A DNA stretch of 63,123 nucleotides, filler included, from Collodictyon triciliatum (Eukaryota), in assembly GCA_043381765.1 (NCBI GenBank). It is 4 parts of 4 records of this genome, joined end to end, with 100 filler letters (N's around TTAATTAATTAA, not from the genome) between each part and the next. Parts side by side here need not be neighbours in the genome. Positions count along the whole stretch, not along the records: positions 20,232 to 36,371 come from JBHJMP010001579.1; positions 36,472 to 52,635 come from JBHJMP010001580.1; 2 more parts are not named here. One strand, written 5' to 3'. The translations under genes were made by a program, and so were the position numbers. Below are positions 29,666-47,600 of the stretch, piece after piece. Within the stretch, counting starts at the first letter, position 1, and the number at the start of each line of letters is the position of its first letter. A model generated the notes under the pieces. It saw nothing but the letters and a program-made list of their open reading frames with translations, made no database searches and was not told the origin of the DNA.

Positions 29666-30479
29666 CGAGAAATAAACTTGAGGCAGCTAGAGTACTTGAA
29701 TTCAATTTAATTTAGTCTATCTGCCAAACTAACAAAAATTCCAGGGACGATTCGCGAAGCAAAATATGATAAAGTCACTGTACAGAAGCAGCAATAGTTG
29801 GGTGGAAAAAAGGGCAAAAGAGAGTCAGCTGAGGAATTGGGGTGTATGAGATCTTACCGAACGGAAGCGAAACCTCATCTCCTGGGCAAACACTGATTTC
29901 ATACATCCAACGCAGGATATCGAAGAGGATACATGTATGTGCAGTGCGCGTTAGTCCGAGAAAATGATCACAAAGAGAGCCTGACGAAGAACAAAAGGTA
30001 CAAACGGAAGAAGAAGAAAAAAAATCTGCAAAGAGAATGAAAAGAGAATGAAAAGAGAATGAAAAGAGAATGAGAAGAGAATGAGAAGAGAATGAGAAGA
30101 GAATGAGAAGAGAATGAAAAGAAACGTACACATGAAACTCTTTGAAGAACCCAAAAGCCATCAAGGGCTGTCTATCTCTCTGGAACCCTGCAAACAAAGC
30201 AACTCGCCCAAGTCAACAAAGAAGCACAGCTTCCAATTCGAACAGCGGCTGTGGCGTTGGTAAACAAAAGAACTCACGCAATACAATAACAAAACTAAAT
30301 AAAAAAAAATAAGGCGAAAAAAGGGGGTGGACAATGATAATCGGCCGCGGAGTCACACTTGGCAACACATTGTTTGGTAAAAAAAAAAAAAAAAAGGCAC
30401 CGTTACGTTCCACAGTTCCTTCTGGCGGATCCAACCTTCTAGTTACAGAAATAAATGAATCGAAATATACACAGAAAAC

Positions 30480-30488
30480 TATAATAAT

Positions 30489-30578
<90 letters not shown>

Positions 30579-30588
30579 NNNNNNNNNN

Positions 30589-30657
<69 letters not shown>

Positions 30658-30664
30658 AAAAAAA
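30480..30664. repeat. (TAA)n plus poly-A around a 10-N gap
   Basis: Seen directly. Confidence 0.9.
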
Positions 30665-30683
30665 GGGCAAATAACTGAAGACC

Positions 30684-31918
30684 ATGATAAAGTCACAGGG
30701 CCGCCTCATTCTACCGATGGACGCCGATCTTGGCTTCTCCCTGCACGTTCCAGTCTCCGGCCGAGGCGTGTGGACTGCGCCGAGTTCTACAGCTCCGAGC
30801 CACCGGCAAAGTGGCAAAGTCGGTTCGAGCGCACCTGGATGGGATCGAAAGAGAATATCTCGCAGGACGTTTGCCACGCCTTCGCCTTCGCCTTCGCCTT
30901 TGGAAGACCAGGACGACGCGCCAATCTGCTCCTTTGTTGATGTGGCCGAACATTTGCAAGCAAAAGCACGCTTTTCCCAGCAAAATCGCCTTCGGAAGAT
31001 ACCCGCATCGTCCCCATGTATGCAAAGATCATATCTGTATAAATGAATAAGAGTGTTGATGTGTCGCATGCCCGATAATATCACTATATCGCGACATCTA
31101 GGATGATAATTTCATATATGTATTTCTATCTTATTGGTGTATTATTAGTTTATTATCGTTGTGTTATTGGTATTTTAGTTTATTTTGGCCGCTATTGGTC
31201 GTTTTAGGGTATTTGATTGTAATATAACCAATAGTTACTTATATCTCGTTTTGTGCATATATTTGGTTAATCCACAGGGGAGAGGCTGACAAAGCCTTCT
31301 AAGGAGTCATTGGACTTGTCTCGGGCATTGTCGGCTCCAGACGAGAGCCATCAACAGCGCGACTCATTTGCTGTTGTTCAGGTGATATTTGCCTGCTTAT
31401 CTTTCCACATAACATGAATACACAAGTGTTTTCATCTTTTTTTTCAAGAAATAGTCATGGTTGATTTTTTTATGTCTTGATTTGATGTATTGAGTCAGAA
31501 ATGGTTATAATATAATAATTCTTTGGTTTTAATCGAGACAGGCTTTCTTTTCTTTTAAAATTATTATCACACTTTATTCATCTTCTTCAAGTATATCTCT
31601 CTTATATGCCCTTACAGGAATCTGTAGATACCAGTGATCCCATCTCTCTTTTGGAAATCATAAAGGAAATTGATTACAAGTCTCAAAAGCTACAGGCTGA
31701 GTATCATACTCGAATTCATATGATGAAAACACATATCGAGGCAGAAGCTTTTACAGATCTGAAGGATGAACTGGCTCGCAGGGAAGTGGATTATATCAGA
31801 TTTTTGGATATGATTTCAAAGAGTAAATCAGGTATTAAGACATTTTCAAAAGGTCGACACTTTATGATTCTTACAAAAGATGATATTCCGGCATTTAGTA
31901 TTGTAATTCATCAAGTAA

Positions 31919-31997
<79 letters not shown>

Positions 31998-34900
31998 AGG
32001 AACTTTGAATCGAATAAAAGAAAAAATAAATCAACAAACGAAATTGCCGATTTCATACACTAATATTTTTAATTGTGTTCAGCAAAGGATGTGTTTTCCA
32101 TGATGATAAATTCCAGGCCATCCTCAATATCCAATTTTCGCGGTATAATAAATACCTCTACAACAAGAAGTTCTTCTGCGCACTCTGCTTCCAGCTCATC
32201 CTATGCATCTTCTTGGAAACCCACTTTTGATTCAGTCTATGATGATTTTGTGAAGGAATGCGACGATGCAATTTCAGAGGAACAACCACTGGATGACTCG
32301 GCCCAAGAAATTAACCAATCTGTTGAAGAAGAAATAGATGAATCTGAAACACTATCATCAAACTCATCTTTTTACTCAGATTACACCCCAATCCAATTGC
32401 CACCCAGTTCGACTCAAAAACTGGTAACTTGTGCTTTCGCCATTTTCTGATTATTTTATGATCGCTGTGATTCATATGCAACGTTGCAATCAAACCAAAC
32501 TTGGACTTCCTATATGTAGATCGAACTGAAGAGGCAATCGGAAAAATACAAACCTGAAGGAAGAGATATCCGCTTGTTAGAAAATCCAAAGGCAACAAAA
32601 AACAAGGGTATGTAATCACTCGTCCATTCCTTTCTTCCTTTTCTTTCTCTGTATAATTGATGAAACCGTAAAGTCGAAGCTACATCCACATTTGTATGCA
32701 ATTCAAAATTTAGTCAAGAAACAGAGTCGCTCTTCGAACATTAGCATCCAGGAAAAATTCAATAAGGTTCTCTTAGAGTCACTTTAGTTATCTCGCATAT
32801 TGTGAAACTTTGTCCTGTTTTTTCTAGATTAAATAATAAAATGTTTCTATAGCTCACAAAGAAAGGCCGTCGAAATCAAGGTGTTGTTATGTTTCTTAAC
32901 ATGGAACAGAGGAAAGAAAAACTGGCATACTACTTTGATGCATGGATTCGATGTAATCGCCTTATCAAATTGATATTACGCTGTCGTATATAGCCTAATT
33001 TGGTTATTTATCGCTAATCCCATTAGCTAGCATCTTCCGAGAAGCTTGTCTGGTTCACAAACAGATTAATCATTTATATAAAAAAAATTGAAAATAACAG
33101 ATTCCAGGAATCGAATTGAGGTATTTCGTACAACATTTTGGCCTCTGTATGTTTGGAGGAGATATACTCTTTACCGTCGACCTTACAGTACGAAAGGGCA
33201 TTTATTGGCCGACATTGTAAACACAGTAAGAACCATGTCTAGTGATAAATATTATCTTCTTTTATTTCTTTGCTGAAATTGAATTAATGAAGGAAATGCT
33301 GAGATTGCACATGATAGGTTAGGTTGATGAGGTATTTGAGACCCTGGGTTCGCTATTATAAGTATAAAAAACTTCTCGAGAAGAATCTCAAAGAATTCAG
33401 AGTCAATAAAAAACAAAAGCTTTTGGAAAAGGTTTTTAGTGCCTGGTGGAATTGGTACGAGCCCAAACTGGGCAGGTGAGTGTAGTGCCTGCTGATTGAT
33501 ACGACTGTTATAAGTTGACATTATTCAGGTCATATTTCATGTTGGATAGTGTCTAATTATTGATGCCTCTGTTTCAAACTAGATATAGAATGGTCCATTC
33601 GCCTGAATTCCGCAATCTTAGGTGGAGGGCCATCGGTGGTCTTTATTTTAAAGCTTGGTATCTGATTGCAAAATACAAGAAAACGATACATAAGCGCGGT
33701 TTAACATATATTGGAAGGTTTATTTCATTCAACCACAAACATATGCAAAATTTCATATTTTACAAAAAATATTAATAACAATTCTCTTCTCACTATTTCA
33801 AGTCAGTTTCACTTTTATTTTTTTCTTTGAGGTTTATGTTTGTCTTGCTCCTCTCCATTCATGTAATATTATAGAATAACTCCTCCTGGACTTTCTGCTC
33901 TTAAAGCGCCTTCGAAGTTATCGTGGATGCATCAAAGTTTGGATGTATTATGAAAATGTTTGCTTATAGCATCATCAGCTGATATAATCAATATCTGCAG
34001 AATTTGTGCTGAAAGACATCATTCATCGAAGAATATGCCAGTTTGTGAGTAGAAGACTACTTCCACAGCTAGTTGAAGCATGGAAGAATTTTGTATTTGA
34101 AAAGAGGAAGCAGCGATATGCATACAAGCATTGGAGGTAAGATGATACAGTCTTTTGGTGCTACCTAAAATACATAATTTATCACTGATAAATATTAGTC
34201 TCTATTTCATATAACTATTTTTAAAAAAAGGAATAAAGAAAGTGGAGATTATATTCTTAACCCGCGACTTGTGTTAATCGTGTATAGAATTTTAACCAAG
34301 AATTTGATGGCTTCAATTTTTTTTTTAAAAAAAAAAAAAAAAAACAAATTATGGACTAAATTATGACAAACAATAACAAAGGGTTCGGGCCTTGCGCTAC
34401 TTTATAAGAAGCTGGAAGAAAACAGTTTCGCTTTTACAAGCTGTTGAGGCACAAAAGAAACTAAATGAGGAAAAAACAAGAAAAATTCAGTAATCCCTCC
34501 AGCATTCTTAACTTTTCATCTATAAATATAACTAAATTATCAAAGTGGCATCGGCCTCTTTCTCCTCTTGTATGCGCAATTTAACAAATTTATATCTGAA
34601 CCATATATCGACAACAATAGCCTGGAATCCCATTACAAATATCTTCAAACTCTACGCTCCATCGACCCGTCGACTTTATCAGGTTCCGATTTTAAACAGT
34701 CTTGTAATACTAAGTAAAAATGTACATATTTTCTCTGATCAAGTATGATTGCTAAGGAGAATATTTTTATTTTACTTTTATCATATCTTCTCCATGGGGA
34801 CTCTAGCCGATGAGCAAGTCTTAACTAGAAAAATTGAGGATTTAAGACGTAGAGATGGTTTAAACAGGTCCAGACAGAAACAGCTAGCAGATATATCCGT

Positions 34901-36072
34901 AAGATTTCATTGTCTAAACGGGAGTTTTCAAATATATCTTATTTTAAGATTAGGCATCTTTCCCACAAGGCATGACTCACGCTCATTTTTTCTCTTTTGT
35001 ATAAAATTTAATGAAAGAAAATGAGAGACCATGCAGTGGAAAACTTTATTCGAGATCAATCAAATAAGCAAGCTCACTCACAAGTCAAGGAATCCGAACA
35101 TATAGCAAATCAGGTTCGATTATGTTATTGTTTTGGTTTGTTTTGATTTGGTATGTTTTGTTTTGTTTTGTTTTGTTTTGTTTTGTTTTGTTTTGTTTTG
35201 TTTTGTTTTGTTTTGTTTTGTTTTGTTTTGTTTTGTTTTGTTTTGTTTTGTTTTGTTTATGGAGGTGAACAATAGCGATGATTCACCTGTCTGTAAATGT
35301 TTTTTCTTATAACATTGCATCAACTGTTTACAGGCTACGAAACTTCGTCGAAGAGTTGCCATAATATTCTTGATGAAACTTGATTCATTTGTGGAGAAGT
35401 ATCGTGTGATGCAAGTGAGTCTTAACCACCGAAATCTGATAATATTATCATAACAATGCTAAAAATTGTGAAATCTCTTGACAACAATCTTTCGAATTAA
35501 CGATTAATAGCTTAAGAAATGCGTTCGTCGTTGCTTCAACTCATTGGCAGGGTAAAAAGAACACCTGAATATTTTCATATAATGCCTAGATATAAACCAG
35601 GACATGAGGATGGCGAGACAATTTTATATTATTTATTGTTTGTAGAACTATTCTTTTTCGGCGATCTGTGTCATTCTGCAACCGCCAGCTATTGAAGCGT
35701 CTAATTACATTCTGCACAAGGTGATTTATAGAAAAAAAACTTCTCGTTCACTTTTGACTAACCAAAATGTGATTACACAATATATATCATTTCATTAGGT
35801 CTTTTTTTAAAAAAGAAAGCAAACAAAAAAAAAATGCTTCTTGTTATGTGTTTAGTTGTGCCTACTTTTCTGCTATATTCTATCTATATGTTTTGGTACT
35901 TGATAAATTGACCGTAAAACTTCTGTGAAGGCTACGAAAGTTCCACCAACGCGTAATTTGGAGAAAGAGAGTGACTTTGATGTGGAAATGTATGTCAGCG
36001 TGGAGATTCGTAGTCAGAGAATTCCGAGGAAATCGAACCCCTGAAGAGCTTGCTATAACCCGACGCAGATAC
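30684..36072 (+). CDS. SFI1-repeat (centrin-binding-type) protein; 3' end lost at the assembly spacer
   Basis: Spliced exons give Trp-anchored repeats FWPLYVW / RLMRYLRPW / KLLEKVFSAW / GGLYFKAW with W-to-W spacing of 33, 33 and 35 aa. Further repeats: KLAYYFDAW, LLPQLVEAW, ALRYFIRSW, TLMWKCMSAW. This fits the Sfi1 consensus LLxxxF/LxxW. Confidence 0.65.
31918..31998. repeat. (AAAT)n intronic microsatellite
   Basis: Seen directly. It abuts a family A core. Confidence 0.95.
32002..32018 (+). mobile_element. Family A core ACTTTGAATCGAATAAA followed by A-rich tail
   Basis: Exact 16-mer match, in an intron of the SFI1-like gene. Confidence 0.6.
35156..35257. repeat. (TTTTG)n intronic microsatellite
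   Basis: Seen directly. Confidence 0.95.
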
Positions 36073-36371
36073 GTTTGGCTTTATTTTATACCCTTCATAA
36101 TTTTTATTTTCCCCTTTCTTTTTTTCCCCCTCTTTTTCTCTCTTTTTCTCTCTTTTTCTCTCTTTTTCTCTCTTTTTCTCTCTTTTTCTCTCTTTTTCTC
36201 TCTTTTTCTCTCTTTTTTCTTCTTTTTTCTTCTTTTTTCTTCTTTTTTCTTCTTCTTTTTTCTTCTTTTTTCTTCTTCTTTTTTCTTCTTTTTTCTTCTT
36301 TTTTCTTCTTTTTTCTTCTTTTTTCTTCTTTTTTCTTCTTTTTTCTTCTTTTTTCTTCTTTTTTCTTCTTT

Positions 36372-36471
36372 NNNNNNNNNNNNNNNNNNNNNNNNNNNNN
36401 NNNNNNNNNNNNNNNTTAATTAATTAANNNNNNNNNNNNNNNNNNNNNNNNNNNNNNNNNNNNNNNNNNNN
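36372..36471. other. Assembly spacer N44-TTAATTAATTAA-N44, flanked by pyrimidine repeats (36130-36371) and (ACAAAATR)n/(ACACAAAG)n octamers (36472-36725)
   Basis: Seen directly. Confidence 0.95.
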
Positions 36472-37015
36472 ACAAAGTAACAAAATAACAAAATGACAAA
36501 ATAACAAAATAACAAAATAACAAAATGACAAAATAACAAAATGACAAAATAACAAAATGACAAAATAACAAAATGACAAAATAACAAAATGACAAAATAA
36601 CAAAATGACAAAATAACAAAAAGACAAAATAACAAAAAGACACAAAGACACAAAGACACAAAGACACAAAGACACAAAGACACAAAGACACAAAGACACA
36701 AAGACACAAAGACGCAAAGACAAACAACAAGATAAGAGAAAAGTATGAGAGAGTGGAAATTAAGTAAAATACTTAGTTAGCCCAGTCCCATTATCTCCGG
36801 CCTTACCCATATCGAGTTTATATTTCCTTCACCTACAAAATTCCAACACAATAATCCCCGCAGAATCAACGAGCAAATAGACCACCACATATACACACAT
36901 ACACATACACATACACACACAATTAGATTCACAGGAGTCTCAAAGAACCACAAAGTGTCTCAAAGAGTCTTTCGCACAACCGCAAGCAGGAAGCTTCCTT
37001 CTGCAAACAGCCGCG

Positions 37016-39610
<2,595 letters not shown>

Positions 39611-39705
39611 AGGAACAATTTTTCTCCGCTAAAAATAATAAACCAAAAAATAAGTCAAAAACAAAACAAAAACAACCTAGTCAATAAAAATGTACAAATA
39701 AATGC

Positions 39706-39779
39706 TGTATGTATGTATGTATGTATGTATGTATGTATGTATGTATGTATGTATGTATGTATGTATGTATGTATGTATG

Positions 39780-39808
<29 letters not shown>
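39706..39808. repeat. (ATGT)n microsatellite
   Basis: Seen directly. Confidence 0.95.
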
Positions 39809-39811
<3 letters not shown>

Positions 39812-39943
39812 GGAAAAAAATGTTTTCTGGCGCGAGTCGCAATATAAAGAAATTAGTTAAAAAAGGAGGTAGTTTTAACTCTTTTAATACCTTACCAATC
39901 AACATGGGCTCGGTAAAGTGCAAATTAATGTGGCTACCAACCT

Positions 39944-39960
39944 ACTTTGAATCGAATAAA
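39944..39960 (+). mobile_element. Family A core ACTTTGAATCGAATAAA, intergenic
   Basis: Exact 16-mer match followed by CGGAAAG. No TSD recognised. Confidence 0.55.
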
Positions 39961-41351
39961 CGGAAAGATGACAAGTGCCAATATATGTGTCCTGCTAATA
40001 TTTCAAATTGATCCCTTCAGAAAAAGTAAAATAATCCTATTTTAAATTATCAGGAGAATATAGAGCCCAACAACAGTGGAATAAATGGCTTAATTCTTCC
40101 ATGTGAAAGCTTTACCGAAACCGATAATGTATGAATATAGAAATGACAAAAACAACAGAATCAACATACTACAAATCTGATTTCTATGAATTGAATTGAG
40201 GAAAAAGGAAACTCAATTACATATACTACTCATATAGAGGAACAAAAACATCATTTCAAGGATATAAAAAAGTGATGCAGAGGTTTATGTGGTATCGTTA
40301 AAGTTGCATATGCTGCGTAATAATCAAGACCATGAACAAAATTTGTCAAAACATCTTAAAAAAACTCAATGGAAAAGGAAAACTGTGTTGTTGTTATACC
40401 CATCCACAGAGATGCAAAGAAACATGCTCAAACGACCTAAAAATACTCTAAACTCACTAAAAAGAGGGCCATTCAGAATTTAAGTGCACATGAAGATCGC
40501 GAAGCATTATGTCTATCGCCTACCATAATCATCATAATAGTTTGGGCATGTGTGTAAATAATATACTCTTACAAGTCTGGTTGTAATTGCAACTGAAGAA
40601 GTTTGCCACGGAACAAGCAGAAGGAAGACAGTTTTTTTTTTTCACAACGATTAGGGCAAATATATAAAGAAGGGATTAATTAGAAAGGAAAAAATTACGC
40701 TCCAAAATGAAGTTCTAGAAAAAAAGGAAAGAAAGAAAACATGAGACTCCTTATCGGAGGGCTCAAAACCCCTAGCTACGTACTCAATAATACGTTGAGA
40801 GAATTTGGGTGCGTGATTCACATATTTTTTCTGGGCATGCAAAAGTTGGGCAATTACCTTGCCATGTCTTTAATTCTGCACCCAATGATTTTGGACAAAT
40901 AAAATAGCAACGAATTGCGTTTGCCGATTGGAAGGAGCTACCAGAGGCTGACAGGTCACTAACCCTGCGAACCCATCCGACAAATAGAAAACAGGCAAGG
41001 CGCAAGATGCGGTGCTGACCACATTCTAAAACGGCACACACTGGAGCAGTCATACTAATTGAGATTTTTATTTGCGGAAATTATACATAATCAAATTAAT
41101 AGGGCTGTACACGAACAAATAATGTTTATTTTATTATTAGATGTATTAATCACCGTATCAGTTACATATATTTTCTCATATAAACCACTCTTCGGCTATG
41201 TTGTTCTAAAAAAACATGTCCTGTTAAACAAGCAACAAAAAACCAACAAAAAACCAAAAACAAAACCAAANNNNNNNNNNNNNNNNNNNNNNNNNNNNNN
41301 NNNNNNNNNNNNNNNNNNNNNNNNNNNNNNNNNNNNNNNNNNNNNNNNNNN

Positions 41352-44117
<2,766 letters not shown>

Positions 44118-44398
44118 TTTTCTCTTCTCTTCCTATCCTTTCCGTTTCCTTTTCTTAAAATAATGCCACGCCTCCCAGCCACCAAAGACGTTCATGAAAT
44201 CTATCTTTTCGCTTACACGCCAACATCAAATTGTGCCATGTTTAATAACAAAATAAAAATATCATAAGAAAGCATATAAACATATCGTTTCTGTTTGTGT
44301 GTCTAAAATCAGTAATGCCGTCCAAAAAAAAAAGGGTTGTTTATTTTGTTTGTATCCCTTTCGATGCTTCATATATACGTGCGTCTTTTTTGGTTTCG

Positions 44399-44454
<56 letters not shown>

Positions 44455-44461
<7 letters not shown>

Positions 44462-47400
44462 TCATGCGAAGAGACTCTACGCACAGCACCCAGTGAAGTC
44501 TTTGTCGCACCTTCCTTCTTTACCACTGATTGACGCGCCATTCTTTCCTCCTTTTTCTTTTGCTGCAATTCAAGCTACGATTTACGTTTTATATCCGGAC
44601 TTATTTAGATAATATCTTGTTAAAGCCACTTGCAGAAGCATGAGTTATACAGTATAATTCCAGATATAAGCTGGATTGAAAAGAGAAAAAGAGAAAAAGA
44701 GAAAAAGAGGAAAAGACAAAAAGACAAAAAGAGAAAAAAAAGAAGAGAAAAGTCACCTTTGTTAATTCCGCATCATTCTTTGTAGAGGCTGCGCTCGGCT
44801 GCTTCGTCTTTGCAGGAGCCCATCCATCATCGTCATCAAAGGCAGACTCATCATCCCACCCATCTACGACATTATACCATACAGGTAAACCAGGATATAT
44901 GTCGTATGATTTTGTCCTATTGGATGAGAATAACATATATAAATCTAATACCGGCAGCGGTGACTTTAGCTTGAGCAGGCACTGGCATCTGTACTTTTGA
45001 ACCGAGACTCATGCCTGACGAAGGAAGCCGCGCGGGCGTCGTTGCGTTCGTCTGTGGTGAAAGGTTTGATGTGGACGCAACCGTGGCTTTGGGTGCAATT
45101 GTGTTTGTTTCTACAATTGGTGTTTGGACAAATGATGGTTAGGATGTTTTTGTTCTAGAAAGAAAGAGGAAAGAATGGCAGTCGTTTCTGTTTCATAGAA
45201 CTACGTTTGCTCGGCTCTTGCTTTGACGGCTGGCTCGTAATTGATTCTGAATGTGATTAAATCAGTAATTTTTCTTGAAAAAAAAAGTGATGATAAATGA
45301 GATATGTCATAATAAGATTGATAGTTATTAAAATTAACTGTATTTTCAAAAGAAAAAAATGAGAAGATGAATGTTATGATTTAACAAACAGAAGAAGATG
45401 AAACGGTGGAGGGGTTGAACTTACCCCATACATCTTCGTCATCATCGCCCCAACCCTAAAGGCAATGCGACATATTCAAATTATTTATATTTTTAATCAG
45501 CAGCATTCAAACACCATGATATGAAAATAAACAAATTAAAATGAATAGAACATTTATGGGAACAAACACCGAATGCTATCGGTACGTACGTCGTTGCCTT
45601 TTAATATATTATTCCCTTGTGTTGAAGTCTTCTCATCTGCACCCCAATCATCTGCATCCCAACCATCTAAAGCAACGCATACCGAGATAAAACGAAATGC
45701 CATGTGTCTCGTTTACAATACAAGATTCCGATATCATATATTTTTTTAGAAAGAAAAAAACCGCTGTATCAACACCTCATCGCAAAAAATATATGGTAAT
45801 ATGTCCTTACCGGCCTCTAATTTTTGTTCGTTTGAAGTGCCGACTTTTGGTATGGTTTGGACTATGGCCTGGTTCGCGAAGTTCTAGAGATAAAAGTGTG
45901 TATATGAATGAGCCATTTTCCTTCTGATTAAATCATGGATATGGTTTTAACAAACGGAATCCGATGGAGCTCCCTGTTGAATTTGGCTGCTGGCATTTGG
46001 GACTGGGTTCTCGTATATCTGACATTTCAATTATGTAAGTGGCATACATCGGGATAATAATCATTTGTCATTCTATTTCTGTTCGTAAATAAATCGCCAT
46101 GATTTGGAATTCAAACAGAAAATCATATAGAAGGCATATAATGATCATATAAATATTCATTCCCTACACATGTTAATCCTGTATAACTCGATGAAAGAAA
46201 AAACTGAGGGTATTCATAAATTAGGATACCTTGCTTTTAATGGAGGAAAATGCCCACGTCAATGTTTCGGCGCCAACATAAGCCATCTTCGAAGCGTTTG
46301 TCGCAGCATTTGTCGCAGCGTTTGTCGTGCTCATTGAAGAACTGGACCCCATCGCACCAACATGATTTGCAGATGCTTCTGCCTGTTGCTGGACGAGTTC
46401 CATCTGCGGGAAAATTTTTATTAATCTGTCATTCTCGTGAAACCATGCGAAGGGATGGTTCATTCTTGAAAGAATATAAAGAAAAGAAAGAAAAGAAAGA
46501 ATAGAAAGAATAGAAAGAATAGAAAGAATAGAAAGAATAGAAAGAATAGAAAGAATAGAAAGAATAGAAAGAATAGAAAGAATAGAAAGAATAGAAAGAA
46601 AAGGAAGAATATGAATTAAAGAAAAGTACAAGATTAAGAACCTTTTTAGAATGCTGTTCCAGTTTATCAAGAAATGCCGTTATGGTTTGAAAGCAAGCAG
46701 AACGAACATTCCTGTTATTTTCAATTAATTGAGAAAAAGCATAAAAAAGATGGGTACACACATTAAATATCTAAATATTGCTACAAACGCGTCTGGGTCG
46801 ATAGTGTGCTGGCAGAGGGTTGGAAGAATGCGTTGTGCGATATCTTCAATCGAATAGACTTCCATCGTTGCTAGAAGAGCATCCAAGTTTACAGTTATGA
46901 CAGATTAGGTTTTGATACGCAACAATCAAATTTGCAAGTTTTTTTTATTTTTTTTAAAAAGATGGTAGGGATTCTAAAGTTAAAAGTATTTATCTCTAAT
47001 TTATTGGTATAATGTTTGTGACTTTTCATTAAATGTGTAGAAATATAAAAACAACAGGATGAGATTAAAAATATCACATATTACCAGCAAAAGCCATTAT
47101 GCTTGCATTCCGAGCATGCGGAAAAGGGTCTTTCAATGCTCTAGAGAAGGCAGGTATGAGAACTTTTTGTTGGGTCTGCAGGAAAAAGAAAAAGTCGATC
47201 AAATTTTCATAAAATGATTCCAAAAAAATGGATTTAATGATAGAGAAAAAAGCCTTTGGGATATCTAGAAATCTGATGTCAAATTCATTGATGATAAACG
47301 ATTCTAGTTCTTTGGCTAGACGAACGTGAAGATGGGGGTTTCGATTTAAAATATAATTTACTGGGACACTTAGATGCGGAGCGATTTTTCCAAGACATAT

Positions 47401-47520
47401 GGTGGTATTTGTGCGGATTCCTGGTTCTTGGTCCATTTGCATTTGGGCAAAGAATTTCAATACTTGAGTGTTCACCTCCTTTTCTCTGAGCTGGAGCGAT
47501 GAATATGGATAAGTATTAAG

Positions 47521-47600
<80 letters not shown>

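Noticed and set aside
46220-46229. GTATCCTA donor (also GTATCTTT at about 42782 and 52216) as possible U12 introns
   Set aside because: The 5' match is imperfect and there is no TCCTTAAC-type branch site near the acceptors.
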